From assembly GCF_009914755.1 (NCBI RefSeq), contig NC_060929.1: 64,000 bases of DNA. One strand, written 5' to 3'. Positions within the stretch are counted from its first letter, which is position 1. Each line of letters opens with the position of its first letter. Shown here in pieces: positions 19,943 to 59,660 of this stretch. This DNA is from the human T2T-CHM13v2.0 reference genome, Homo sapiens. A program made the translations under genes and the position numbers. The notes below the pieces were generated by a model, which was not told the DNA's origin, ran no database searches, and saw only the letters and a list, made by a program, of their open reading frames with translations.

Positions 19943-21603
19943 TAAGAGTGGGGCCTTGCTGTGTTGCCCAGGCTGGTCTTGAACTCCTGGGCTGAAGGGC
20001 CTCAGCCTCCCAAGTAGCTGGGATTGTAGGTGTGAGCTACCATGCCCTACATCATTTTTATTGCAGGCAGTATTGTGTCATATGGATTTACCATAATTTG
20101 CTTATTCATTCATCTGTTAATGGACATTTGGGTTGTTTAGAGATTTTGTGTATTACAAATAAAGCTGTTATAAATATTTTTGTTCAAGTTTTTGTATGCA
20201 CACGTAATTTTATTTACCTTGAGTAGATTCTTATAATAGTGAAAAGTAAAAAAGCCTTTATCACAGCTTGGAGTCTATTATCTTCTGTAGATGCAGGGCA
20301 GTTTGGCCGAGAATCAAGCCAGGATTTGACAAGAAGGGAGTTGAAGGGTCAATGAAAGGTACAGTATGATATAAGGACACTACACAGGAAGGAATGGAAA
20401 GCTGAGAAATAGGATGGACACATTTGGGCAGATGTGGTCAAGACCCAGACTCTCAAATGCCCAAATCCCCTTGAGCTTTTCTCAGAGTGGAGGCAACCTA
20501 CCCTCATATCCACTCCCCATTCCTGACCAGCCTTTCCCTGTGTAAAAGGCACTTAGTCGCTTCATCTGGGGCAGTTGCCTTATGAGCTGATGCTAGTTCT
20601 TGTAAGGGACTGATCCTACCCTGCCTCCTTGCCTCTGGATCTTAACAGAAGTTAGTTATTCCAGTGCAAACCAAAAAGTACTGAACGTGGCCCAGAAAGA
20701 GATAGTTTCTTGCCAGTGTGTATTGGCAAGAGTTAGGGAATATGGAAATGGATTGTTACGCCAAGGAAAACAAATATAAGGTTGGATTGGGATAAATGTA
20801 TAAACATGAGTGCATGTGCTGGCATGTCAGTCATGTTTTCCAAAGATAGTCACACAATGTCTCTCATCTTTTCTGCCAGTGGCCTTGACACTCCTTCCAT
20901 TGAGTGGTGGGGTCTATGTCCCCTCCCCTTGAATCCAATAGAGTACAACCAAAGTAATACCATGTGATATCCCAGGTAAGGTCATTAAGTTTCTACAGAA
21001 GAGACTTGATAGCAAAGGAGAGCCTGCCAGGTCTAACTGCTCATCCTGACCTCCCAGCTTCTTGCCTGGCCTTTAAATAACCCTCCCTTAGGTGTCCTGG
21101 AATGTCTCCTTGCTCTGATTCCAGAGCAGTTATTTTTTATGTATTCATTCAACAAATTTAGCGTCTGTAATATGCCCAGCATAGGCCATAAATGATGACA
21201 CTGACAAGACCCCAAGTTGGAGAAACTAAATGAGCCCTAACAACAAGTGCTGACCCGAGCCACAATAGAGGCCTGTTGAAGGGAGAAAGAGGTAATGAGG
21301 TGGGGTCAGGGAGGGCTTCTGGAGTAGGAGATTCCTGAGCCAAGTCCTAAAGGATGTGTATGGGCTCACCAGGTGGAGAAGATGGAACGGACAAGTCTGG
21401 TCGTGGAAAGATGCCCTGGGCAGAGGGAACGGTGCGGATAAAGGAAGGAGAGCAAGTGGAAGATGGCAGCCAATGGGAATGAGCAATGCATGGGAAGGAA
21501 CTGAGGGTGAGATGAAAGGCAGCGCACCAGGCTGCAGAGATCAGCCCTGGCGGTTACATTTTTCAATTAATTCTCTTATTTTTATTATATAAAACATTAT
21601 TTT

Positions 21604-23660
<2,057 letters not shown>

Positions 23661-23771
23661 TACATAGCGAAAATAATCAGAAGAATGTTTAAGGTCTCCA
23701 GTGAAAGGACAACAGGCTTGTTGTGCTGTTCGCAAGCACGTGTTAGATGCGATTCACTCATGTTGTTGGTG

Positions 23772-24386
23772 TGTCACTGGGGGTTGTGACTGCAAGTTGT
23801 CCAGGTTCTTGGCATTGTGAACAAAGAATTGGACAAAACGCCCAGCAAAGCAAAGAAAGAACAAGGCAACGAAAGAACGAAAGCAGGGATTTACCGAAAA
23901 CGAAAGTGCACTCCACAATGTGGGAGCGGACCGAGCAGAGCTCAAGGGCCCGGATATAGAATCTTCTTGGGTCCAAATACCCACTAGAAGTTTCCTATTG
24001 GCCATTTTATGCTCACCTCAAACCCGATTGGTTGCAAGAAGCAAGCAATCAGAGGCTAGGGTGAAATTACAAAGTTATACTTCTATGCAAACGAAGACTG
24101 GACCCCCAATCAGTCTGATTGGTTGTGGACAGCAACCATTCAGAGGCTGGAGTTAAGGTTCAAACTTGGCAAAGCAAGCCTCCACCAGCAGTAAGTCTGA
24201 TTTGTCGGGGACAGCCAATTTCCTATCTGCCCTGCGGAAAAGGTGGGGGGGTTTGCAAAGGGAGTAGCCTTTGGTCCTTTTGTTACTTAGGCATGGAAAG
24301 TTAGGGTTTTCCTTTCAGTTTAGCTCTAGGAAGTCAGCGTGAGACAGCCTTAGGTTCCCTGCTTCCAGACTTATTCTCCTGCCTTA
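23772..24386 (-). mobile_element. MER51A/B-type ERV1 solo LTR abutting the MCCC2 promoter
   Basis: Reverse complement starts t(a)aggcaggagaataagtctggaagcagggaacctaagg and ends ...gtgaCA. Imperfect 4-bp TSD ggtg/ggta; several CCAAT motifs. Confidence 0.8.
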
Positions 24387-24439
24387 GGTACAGTCACTAT
24401 CGTGATATTATCTATCGCTGTGTCAACACAACACCAATC

Positions 24440-25020
<581 letters not shown>

Positions 25021-25322
25021 TTTGAAGAAGAAAAGCCTAACAGATACAAGAAAGTTTAGTTCACTTTTAGAGCTGGCACTGTACTTTGTGTCTTTGAAAT
25101 CAGTGGTTCTTAAAGCCTGGTTTAGAATTGCCACCTGGGGAGCTAGCTGAATAGCTGCCTGAGCCCTACTCTGGACCTTGTGGGTCTCAGGTGGAGTCGC
25201 TGTGTTTATATTGTTAGTGAACTCATTAGGGGACTTTTGGCAGCCAGCTTTGGGAACCACTGGCCTAGAGCAGCCCAACGAGGGGCGCTGTGCTTAGGAA
25301 ATTTGAGTTTAAAAGTTGATTA

Positions 25323-32788
<7,466 letters not shown>

Positions 32789-33593
32789 GGTCCTACTTGG
32801 AAGATCGTTTGAGATTATTTTCTTGCCTAAATAAACAAAGAAATAGCTTTCTGAAATAGCTGAACATTTCATTAGACAAAGACTATATTAAGATGAAATT
32901 CTTGGACACCAATAAAAATAAACTAATGTTTTAATTATTAAAGGTACAATTTGATACTTCTGTTCTTGCTCCATTACCTTGGTTTGCCGAGAGTGGGTTA
33001 TAGATATTCCCAAGAATACTCCAGTGGGCTCTTCAGTTATAATTTTCTTTGTCTGTCATGATGTGAGCAATGTTGAGAAGCACTGAAGACAATCTCTGAG
33101 TCAAGGAAGGGGACTTTTAAATTGCTAAAGTGTTCAACTCACCCAGTTGCAAGCCTAAAAAGTTACGGATCACTAATGTCATCTTTAGGTAAATTTACTG
33201 CACTTATCATGGAAGTAATTTCTAAAATTTTATTTTTACCTGGTACAAATGAAGATAGGAATTTTCCAGATCTATCATAGCATGTATTTAATAAATGTGG
33301 TGGAGATGAGGCATTATTTGCAATATGTGAGCTGCAGAGAAAATACTCTGTAATTTATGTAACTACTAGTGAATTCAGAACATAGACTCTAGGATATACT
33401 CTAAAATCAGGGATAGATTGATTTTTTTTTTAATACCAGTTTTTACATTTACTTCAGAAAATTGGCAACTTGTAAGTTGAGTGAATGATTATTAGCCTTT
33501 TCTCAGAGGATATGTTGAACTTTTAAAAAGTGCTATATTTTGGATTATGTTTTTCTGGCATTGAGACCTTTTTATCGTGTCAATCTAATCTAA

Positions 33594-33755
<162 letters not shown>

Positions 33756-33799
33756 TAGACAGTCTTGTAAATCAGTTATTTTGAATTCTAGTTCTCATC

Positions 33800-37922
<4,123 letters not shown>

Positions 37923-39806
37923 TTTATTATAATTCAAATTGACCTTTCTTACATAAAAATTGTTGAATGGTTTATATCATCACTACTCTTTCTCTGACAA
38001 ATGACAGATGAGCTGAATTTGCTCAAATTAAGCAAAAAAGAGGATATATTGATTCTCTTATCTGGTGAGTCTGGGCATGGCTGTATCTGGGAGCTCAAAT
38101 GGTCTTAGGTATTACTAGGTCCCAGGCTGTTTTCTACTCCTGGCCCTGACTTGCTGTGTGTCAGCTTTGTTTCTAGGCAGCCTCTCTAAATCCAGAGGCA
38201 GTGATGGTCATAGGCAGTTCCTGGTTTATATTCTATAAGTTTAGCAGCTGCAGTGGAAGGCAAGATCTGCTTAGGCTTAGAGCCTGTCCCATTGCCGAGC
38301 CTCAGTGGGAACTCTGGGTAGAAAGACCTGGTCCCTGTGCCCCCCTTTAAGGCAGGCTCTGGGGTCAGTCCTACTTGAGCCACCTGGATTAAAGATAAGA
38401 GGCAGTTTCTGAAAGAAGGTTTAGTTTTGTTGCCAAAATAATAGATGCTGGGTAGGCAAAACCAATAGAAATGCAATCTAGTATTTTTGTGGGCCAATTT
38501 GATTTCTCATTCTGTAACAAGTCTGTGACCTTTAATAGACAAGCAGATATGGCTATGTCCCTTGTCCATGGTCACATAACTAACAAGTTGGCAGAGCCAG
38601 AATTTCAGTCTAACTTTGTCTGACTTCACAGCCTGGCCTCTTTCCAGTACCAGAGCTTCTTAAACTTTCTAGCGTAGCACCCCCAGTGGTAGGAAGTATG
38701 AGCACACACTCTGGAGTGTGAGGTTATGGCCCAGCAACCTATGAGAAGCCTACATTTCCTTTGAAGTCTAGTTCGTTTAATGTTAAATCATTAAAAGTTT
38801 GCATTCTACTCTATAAAATGTTCATTGCAGTGCAGAAAAAGGTTTTATATGACCTAGGGAATAAAATTGATGCTCAAAGAAGAGTCCTGTTTGTCTTGTG
38901 GCGAGCCCTGCTGGCCACATATCCTAGTATGAGAAGCTCAACACTACCCTGTGCTGGGTGTTCAGTTGCCGTTCTCTATTTTCAGCAGGGATTTAATGAC
39001 TCACTCTTTAGAGTTGTAGGCAGCATAAAGTGAGGTAACACAAACATCAGAAACATAAAGAAAATTGAATTTTGTAAAGAGCACACTGTTGTCATCTCAG
39101 ATTTCAAGGGTACCTCTGACCTTAAGGTTTCCTGCCAGTGCTGTACAGTTTCCCCAACCAGCTGTGGTTGTTGGCCGCCCTGCTCTTTGTGACTCATACC
39201 CAATAAACTGGTTTTGGTGAGAAAGGGCACTGTTGATGACTCAGGATACCTTTCATGTGTTTTTAGTATATTAAAGTTTGCATTCATTCTGACTTCAGTT
39301 AAGATGAACGTTATATTTTAGACTACATTTAGTTTTGTAGAAAACCATGGGGCTGTAATGTTGAAGAACAAGAATACAAAAAATAAATCTTAGTACTAAA
39401 GGTCAGTTTTCATTTTTGCAAAATACCCTCCTAAAAGGAGACTTTGAAGGTTTATTATGAGGGAATTCTTTTCCCTTGAGACTTGGATTTTTTTTTTCAT
39501 TATTATTTTCATCTTATTAGGACCTTTTCATTCAAAGAACCATTATGACACAAGGCTTAGGTTGTTAGTTTTTTATTACTAATCTAGGACTGATGACTTT
39601 TCAAAAACCAAGTGTGAGTTTATAAACTTGTTAGAAGTAATTGTTTTGTATTATATAAATTAATATGTGAACTGTGATTAAAGTTTGCATTTATATCCTA
39701 AGACTGCTGTCTGCTAATGGATGTTAATAGTGATACGTACTAGAAGTTGAAGGTTGTATTGGGGTATCTTGTAATGAGTGTAATTAGTTTTGAAGAAATC
39801 TCTTAA

Positions 39807-39983
<177 letters not shown>

Positions 39984-40465
39984 TAAAATAAACTATTATT
40001 AGCTGGTAAAATGCAAGATAGTTTGGAAGGCTGTATGTATTACATTTGGGATGGGTATTTTATAAACCTGTTGATTTCTCCTGTAATTATAAAGGAAACA
40101 CAGGTTCTTTGCTGAAAACTCTGGGGGAAAGTAAACAAGAACTGTTCATAGTACTAGTGCATAATACTCATACATTTTGACGCATGCCAGTTTTTTTCTC
40201 TATGTGTTGTGTGGTTTTTTTTTTTTGTTCTCTAGATCCTGTTTTTCTTTTAACTTTATGGATCATACTATGAAAAAAATAGTAGCAAGTATTTATAGAT
40301 CTCTTGAGTGCCAGGTACTGAGTTAAATGTGCAAGTATTATATAATTTGAGCAGATGTAATTTAAAGTAAATTTAATTTCCAGTGAAAGTAAACTTATAT
40401 TTGAAATTAAAACACATTTAAATCAAAGAACCTGAAAGCAAAGCAGTTTAAAATGGGCCTTTCCT

Positions 40466-40903
<438 letters not shown>

Positions 40904-41598
40904 TTAACTCACAATACGAACTGCTCTGCACGTAGAGAAAACAGCAAATGAGGCCCAGCTGCTTGTAGGTGCTGTGCTGGTCTTTATAGGGGATACAGTG
41001 AGGAGGATTTTGTTGTCTCTGTCTTCAGCGAGCTCATAATGAATTGGACACAGCATATAATGTGCAACCAACAAAAGACTTAATGGTTGCAGATTCTGAA
41101 CTAAGTGCTTTCTATACATTTTTCAAGTCATCCTAATATATGATATGGCTCCTTTTTTTATCTTCATTTCGTGGGTAAGGAAACCGGGGCATAGGATGGC
41201 TAGGAAACACACCTATAATCACACAGCTGTGAAGTCATGAGCTCTGCTTTGAACGCAACTGACCTGTGTACCCACCACTCCAATCTGCAATGAAAACAGT
41301 ATCAGAAGGCAATATGTATAAATTATTATATGAATTCTGTGGATGGCTTTTGTATTGGTTTAGAAGAAGGAAAGATACTTTTCCACCTTAACTCTTTAAG
41401 AATTTATGATGTTTCTGGGGCTTTAGCTGGTCCTCAAAGGAGAGAAGGTTCTAACCATTTCGAGAAGAATTTTGCACAGAGGTGGGAAAGCCTGATGGGT
41501 TTGGGGCAATGAATCCTTTTGGCTGCATTGGGGGTTTGGAGAACGAGGCTCTATAACAGTTTAGAAAGACAGGGCAAGTTTTTTGTGAATGTGATTAA

Positions 41599-41814
<216 letters not shown>

Positions 41815-42130
41815 TAAAGTGTACAGTGGTGCTTTTTACTCTTAAGTATCTTTACGAATTAGGTACTCTGGGATGGCTTGAAAGTAAAACAGAATTTAAC
41901 ACAAAATCTAATCTTTTTTTTTTTTTTTATACTTTAGGTTTTAGGGTACATGTGCACATTGTGCAGGTTAGTTACATACGTACACATGTGCCATGCTGGT
42001 GCGCTGCACCCACTAAATCGTCATCTAGCATTAGGTATATCTCCCAATGCTATCCCTCCCCGCTCCCCCCACCCCACCACAGTCCCCAGAGTGTGATATT
42101 CCCCTTCCTGTGTCCATGTGATCTCATTGT

Positions 42131-45949
<3,819 letters not shown>

Positions 45950-46012
45950 TATGATGTTAGCTGGTGATTTTGCTTGCTAGTTGATGCAGTTTCTTCCTAG
46001 TCTTGAAGGTCT

Positions 46013-47020
46013 TTACATTTTGGCTTGATTTTTGCAGTGGCTGGTACCGGTTGTTCCTTTCCATGTTTAGCGCTTCCTTTTTTAGGGCAGGCCTGGTGGT
46101 GACAGAATCTCTCAGCATTTGCTTGTCTGTAAAGGATTTTATTTCTCCTTCACTTATGAAGCTTAGTTTGGCTGGATATGAAATTCTGGGTTGCAAATTC
46201 TTTTCTTTAAGAATGTTGAATATTGGCCCCTAGTCTCTTCTGGCTTGTAGGTTTCTGCCGAGAGATCCGCTGTTAGTCTGATGGGCTTCCCTTTGAGGGT
46301 AACCCGACCTTTCTCTCTGGCTGCCCTTAACATTTTTTCCTTCATTTCAACTTTGGTGAATCTGACAATTATGTGTCTTGGAGTTGCTCTTCTCGAGGAG
46401 TATCTTTGTGGTGTTCTGTGTATTTCCTGAATCTGAACGTTGGCCTGCCTTGCTAGATTGTGGAAGTTCTCCTGGATAATATCCTGCAGAGTGTTTTCCA
46501 ACTTGGTTCCATTCTCCCCATCACTTTCAGGTACACCAATCAGACGTAGATTTGGTCTTTTCACATAGTCCCATATTTCTTGGAGGCTTTGCTCATTTCT
46601 TTTTATTCTTTTTTCTCTAAACTTCCCTTCTCACTTCATTTCATTCATTTCATCTTCCATTGCTGATACCCTTTCTTACAGTTGATCGCTTCAGCTCCTG
46701 AGGCTTCTGCATTCTTCACATAGTTCTCGAGCCTTGGTTTTCAGCTCCATCAGCTCCTTTAAGCACTTCTCTGTATTGGTTATTCTAGTTATACATTCTT
46801 CTAAATTTTTTTCAAAGTTTTCAACTTCTTTGCCTTTAGTTTGAATGTCCTCCCGTAGCTCAGAGTAATTTGATCGTCTGAAGCCTTCTTCTCTCAGCTC
46901 ATCAAAGTCATTCTCCATCCAGCTTTGTTCCGTTGCTGGTGAGGAACTGCGTTCCTTTGGAGGAGGAGAGGTGCTCTGCGTTTTAGAGTTTCCAGTTTTT
47001 CTGTTCTGTTTTTTCCCCAT
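46013..47020 (-). pseudogene. L1 ORF1p, disrupted
   Basis: MGKKQNRKTGNSKTQS...; premature stop at 46691-46693 and a later frameshift (three ORF fragments). Confidence 0.93.
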
Positions 47021-47475
47021 CTTTGTGGTTTTATCTACTTTTGGTCTTTGATGATAGTGATGTACAGATGGGTTTTTGGTGTGGATGTCCTTTCTGTTTG
47101 TTAGTTTTCCTTCTAACAGACAGGACCCTCAGCTGCAGGTCTGTTGGAATACCCTGCCGTGTGAGATGTCAGTGTGCCCCTGCTGGGGGGTGCCTCCCAG
47201 TTAGGCTGCTCGGGGGTCAGGGGTCAGGGACCCACTTGAGGAGGCAGTCTGCCCGTTCTCAGATCTCCAGCTGTGTGCTGGGAGAACCACTGCTCTCTTC
47301 AAAGCTGTCAGACAGGGACATTTAAGTCTGCAGAGGTTACTGCTGTCTTTTTGTTTGTCTGTGCCCTGCCCCCAGAGGGGAGCCTACAGAGGCAGGCAGG
47401 CCTCCTTGAGCTGTGGTGGGCTCCACCCAGTTCGAGCTTCCTGGCTGCTTTGTTTACCTTAAGCAAGCCTGGGCA

Positions 47476-47691
47476 ATGGCGAGCGCCCCTCCCCCAGCCT
47501 CGCTGCCGCCTTGCAGTTTGATCTCAGACTGCTGTGCTAGCAATCAGCGAGACTCCGTGGGCGTAGGACCCTCCGAGCCAGGTGCGGGATATAATCTCCT
47601 GGTGCGCCGTTTTTTAAGCTGGTCCGAAAAGCGCAATATTCGGGTGGGAGTGACCCGATTTTCCAGGTGCGTCCGTCACCCCTTTCTTTGA
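47476..47691 (+). CDS. L1 ORF0, intact 71-aa antisense ORF of the L1 5' UTR
   Basis: gcaATGG Kozak; MASAPPPASLPPCSLISDCCASNQRDSVGVGPSEPGAGYNLLVRRFLSWSEKRNIRVGVTRFSRCVRHPFL*. Expression is not shown by the sequence. Confidence 0.8.
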   Translation: MASAPPPASLPPCSLISDCCASNQRDSVGVGPSEPGAGYNLLVRRFLSWSEKRNIRVGVTRFSRCVRHPFL

Positions 47692-48036
47692 CTCGGAAAG
47701 GGAACTCCCTGACCCCTTGCGCTTCCCAAGTGAGGCAATGCCTCGCCCTGCTTCGGCTCGCACACGGTGCGCGCACCCACTGACCTGCGCCCACTGTCTG
47801 GCACTCCTTAGTGAGATGAACCCAGTACCTCAGATGGAAATGCAGAAATCACCCGTCTTCTGCGTCGCTCACGCTGAGAGCTGTAGACCGGAGCTGTTCC
47901 TATTCGGCCATCTTGGCTCCTCCCCAAAATCTAATCTTTTTCCACAGAGAGTATCTAAAGGTTGTCTCCAATTAGAGCTTTTTATTAACTATAGGAATAC
48001 TCCTATACTGTAATAAGATTATTAAAACAGGTTTTA

Positions 48037-52610
<4,574 letters not shown>

Positions 52611-52921
52611 AACATTCTTAAGGATTGGCACATTGTCTTCATTCTAACTGCTCACTCCTTCAAACCTCCATGCCCTACGAGAGTTTCACCAGCCTAGAGA
52701 CCAGATTCCCACTCTGCACAGCCTCTTGGTATCATCATTTTTTTCCTTTTCGTGAAATTCTCCTTATGCTTCATGCCACTGGGGTGCCCTTATTTATTTA
52801 TTTATTTTAACGATTTAGCCAGATCTCATTACCTGTCATCTCCCTGATCTTTATCTAGTCTTGACCACCTCTACATCTCTACTTTTGAACCTCGGGGGTT
52901 CTGCTTTCTCAGTCAATTTCC

Positions 52922-53920
52922 TGCTGGTACCTTAGTATGAAATAATAAGAAATATACACATTGATCTCTGTCCCCAGTTCCAGGAACAGAGCTCCTAAAA
53001 TCCTCATAAGTTTCTGAGCAGTAGGGGCACTAGGAGGCTCTTTTGTTCCAATATTTGGTGTCTGCCCCAGTTCCTCCGACAGAGTTCCTAATACCCTTGT
53101 AGATAGGGGTACTAGAAGAATCTTTTGTTCTATGATTTGGTCTTTGACCCCCATTCTTGTCACAGAGCTCCAAAATCCCTTGGAATTTCCTGGGTGATAG
53201 GAGCATCTTTTATTCTGATGAGGCGACTCTTAGTGGGCTCCTGGATGGTGCTGGTCACCAGAAAGACCAAGCCATGACCATAAACTTGGAGCTTTCAGTC
53301 CCAGCCCTATCCTTCAGGGAGGGAGAGGGGCTGGGGATTGAGTTAATAATTGACCATGCCTCTGTGATGAAGCCTCCATAAAAATCCCTAAATGGTGTTC
53401 AGAGAGCATCTGTGCTGGCAAACTCATCCAAGTGCTAGGAAGGTGGTGCATTCCCACTCCGTGGGGACAGAAGCTCCAGCCCTCAGGACCTTTGCAGACT
53501 CGCCTTATGTATCTTTTCATCTGGCTGTTCATCTGTATCCTTTATGATATCCTTCCTAACCAGTAAATGTAAGTAAAGTGTTTCCCTGAGTTCTGTGGGC
53601 CACTCTTGTAAATTAGTCAAACCCAAGGATGGGTAGTGGCAGCCCTGATTTACAGTCAATCAGAAATATAGGTGACAACCTGCTCCTTGTGGATTGGCAT
53701 CTGAAGTGAGGGCCATCTTGTAGGACTGAGCCCTTAGTCTGTGGGATCTGATGCTGTCTCTAGGTAGACTGTAAGAACTGAATTGGATTAGAGGACAGCT
53801 GGTGTCTGCTGGAGAACTGCTTGGTGTGTGGAGAAATACCCCCACATATCTGGTGTCAGAGGTATTGAGTGACTGTGTCAGACAGTAGGAAAAACACTTT
53901 TTCCTCTGTCTTTTCAGACT
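52922..53920 (+). mobile_element. MER21-family LTR
   Basis: ataataagaaatata start; three internal copies of ccccagttcc..acagagctcctaaa; gtttccctgagttctgtg. Confidence 0.75.
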
Positions 53921-55502
53921 TAGGTTCAAACTAGACATTGAACACATTAACTTCCCCTACTCATTTGTTCCCTCACCTGAGTTCCCATCTACTGCTAGCA
54001 CTACCTTGCTCTTTCCCTAGGACTTGATGTCATCCTTGGCTCTTTTCTCTGCATTTTCCCTTACTTAATCCTTTTAGGTCAAAAATATACATCTTTGACA
54101 TTTTTGTATCCCTGGCAGTTGCTCTGATGCCGGGCACAAAGTGAACACATCCTAAGCCTTTGCCTAATATATTGATGAGTCCTGTTGGTTTCACCTTTGG
54201 GCAGTTCCTCTCCACTCTGTTCCTACTATCACCCCCAGAGGCAGCTCAGGCCTTTGTTACCACTAGACTGTGGCTCTAGCCTCACCTGCCTGGTGTCCCT
54301 GTCTGCCTAGTCTATCCTTTCCCATACAGTGGACACATGCTGCAAGGTTATTCTTTATGTGGCCCTCCTGTTACTATTTGCTACAAACAAAGCTCATACT
54401 TCTTAGCCCGATACTTAAGCCCCCGTGTGATCGGATTTCAACCTAACTTTCTAGCCTTATTGCTCCTGGACCCTAAACTGCAGTCAACCTGATGCAGTCA
54501 CTGGTCTCCATATATACCATAGCCTTTTTTGACCATCTGCTCAGGCCCATGCTGGTCCTCTTTCCCCACATCCTCCTGGGTCGGAGTCTCCAACCCATCT
54601 TCCAAGACACATCTCAAATGCCACCCTTTTAAGGAAATCCCGGAATCCTTTACTGGAAGTAATATTTTCTTCCTCCTAGCTCCCATAGTTCTTGTACTGT
54701 GCCTTACTAATAGCATTTATCCCTTTAATCTAGATATATCTGGACTAATTTCCTCTACTAGTCTGTTAGCTACTTGAGAATAGGGACAATTTAGATGAAT
54801 TTTTATATCCTCACACATTTCCCTGAGATGGTACTTACTTAATATTTATTAAAAGATAAATCTCCTTATAACTATTAAAGTTGTAATATGATAGATATTG
54901 AGTGGTTCTGTTTCCTAAGTTTAATGTTTGTTTTGTTGTTTATTTAAGACTTTGGTTTAGACAGACTGATAAAACAATTCCTTATGTTTATTATATAAGT
55001 TAATCACTTCTAACTTCAATTATGTTATGTATTTATTTCGATAGTAAGCACCAGCTTCCTTACTCAAATTTAGTTGTTTTTCTCTCCAAGGTTGGTTTTT
55101 ATTTAATGTTACTAGCCTTGCCCATTGTAAATTCATTTACCTAGTTATTTCAAAGAGTATGTCTATTGGCAATCATACCCGTATCGTTTTCTGTGTCTTT
55201 GCTGCTATAAAAATGTGGACAGATTACTATAGACCTTCCAGGTTTCAACATTTTCTTTTGCTCTCAAGGAGAAAAGATAGTTAAACTAGGTACTTACTTT
55301 TATGTTCTCTTCTGTTTCATCTTTCCTTCATGGCAGATTTTAAGACCCCTTAATCGTTTCTGGAGTTTAAAGAGTTGATGTGTGGGTGTCTGGTGGTCTT
55401 TCTTTGAGTCTCATGTCATGAGAATGCCTTCTCTGGGCCTTCTCCATATCTGAGGCCTGATGACATGATGATCTTTGCAATGTTCTTCTTTTATTTTCCC
55501 AG

Positions 55503-57460
<1,958 letters not shown>

Positions 57461-59037
57461 CTATCCAGTTGGCATAGGTAAGCATGACTACTATCAAATC
57501 AGTGGTATTGATCAGTCAGTATAGTTGATAACGTTCTTAAATTCTTGACAGCTATTGAATTGAGATGTATATTTTGTGGCTTTTATTTTTTAATGGTGGC
57601 TCTTCAGGTAGGGGCAGGAAAAATGGGATGTGGGCAGTAATATCTGCTTTCTACTTTGAATTGAAAAAGAAGTAAGGTGACAGATTTAAAAAATTATTAT
57701 ATTTTTAATGGCTTTTCTATCAAGCAGTTGGACCTTTTTTCTCCCTCCAAGTTATATTACATTTATCACAGCATTTCTATGAATTGGATAGTATTCTACA
57801 ATTTTGCAGGGAGGAACTGAGGTCTAGAGTTCACCTAGCTTTTCAGAATTAGATAAAAAATCTCTTAGCTCTGTGTCAGAGACCCTTTCCATGGGGCAGG
57901 CTGTTGACCTACAATATGTAATTTGCTTTTGGTGCAAGGAGACCCAGTCTCTATTTGTTTAGGCAAGACCTAGAGGGTAATGAAATTCAATCTAAAGCTT
58001 TTCTGGATGATTACCTCTGTTTTGTAGCATCTCATTTGCTTTTGCTTGGAAATGTTGCCTGTGCCTTCTGTGGAGGGGATGACAAGTATTGTTACTGTCA
58101 GGTATGTCTCATCCTCATCCTTCTTGCACGTTCTTACTCTTGATTCAAGTCTTAGAATCACCTCACCTTGCAAGAGTGATCTCTGTTTGTTCCTGTCACA
58201 GAGCAGGCCCATCTCACTGGTGACTGGGTGGACGGTAGTCTCTCAGTGGAGTTCTTTGGAGTTCACCTCTGTCCTGATGCAGATGCAGGTCCCTGTGATG
58301 TCTGTCCTGGTACAATGCCTATGTTGTGCCACATCACAAGCCAAATCTCTGCCTCTGAGTCTGGTCAGAAAAGTTTCTGGTCATGCATCTTATGTCTTTT
58401 CAGTGTCCTTAGGTAACGTCTTTGTGGTACCACCAGTGAATGCTTTGGGACATGGCAAGTTGTTAATGCTGTTTGGCCCTGGGATCCCTGTGCTTTGTGA
58501 GAGAAAGAAGCAGATACAGGAAGAAGCAGATACAGCTGGGCACGGTGGCTCATGCCTGTACTCTCAGCTTCTTAGGATGCTGAGAGGTAGGAGGATTGCT
58601 TGAGCCAGGAGTGCTACCTGGGCAATATTGGGAGGCCTCATCTAAAAAAAATAAAAATAAAAAAGAAAGCAGACACAGTGGCAGAACTCTTGTTCCATTC
58701 ACTTTGTCACCTTTTGGGAGTAAGTGAATGACTCAGAACTAAATGACAAGGATTATTAGTTGGGCGTGGTGGTGCACCTGTAGTCGCAGCTACTCAGAAG
58801 GCTGAGGTGGGAGGATCTCTTGAGCCCGGGAAGTCAAGGCTGCAGTGAGCTGTGTTTGTGCCACTGCACTCTAGCCTGGGCAACAGAGTCTCAAAACAAA
58901 AAGAGAGAAGAGATTGTATGACATTGAGTGACAGTGACTAATCATTAATTAGTGAGCTCTTTTATCTCTGTTTTTTAATTTAATTTTTATTTCTGTCATC
59001 AGAATTTGCTTTTAGCAATATTAAGATTTTGCCTGTT

Positions 59038-59660
<623 letters not shown>

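Noticed and set aside
52950-53200. Three spaced direct repeats that superficially resemble a repeat-spacer array
   Set aside because: They are internal tandem duplications typical of MER21-family LTRs, not CRISPR.
58046-58603. 185-aa plus-strand ORF in intron 6
   Set aside because: Non-ATG first codon, Ser/Val/Leu-rich, no recognisable domain, ends in an Alu, and spans a site that appears to have had a deletion.
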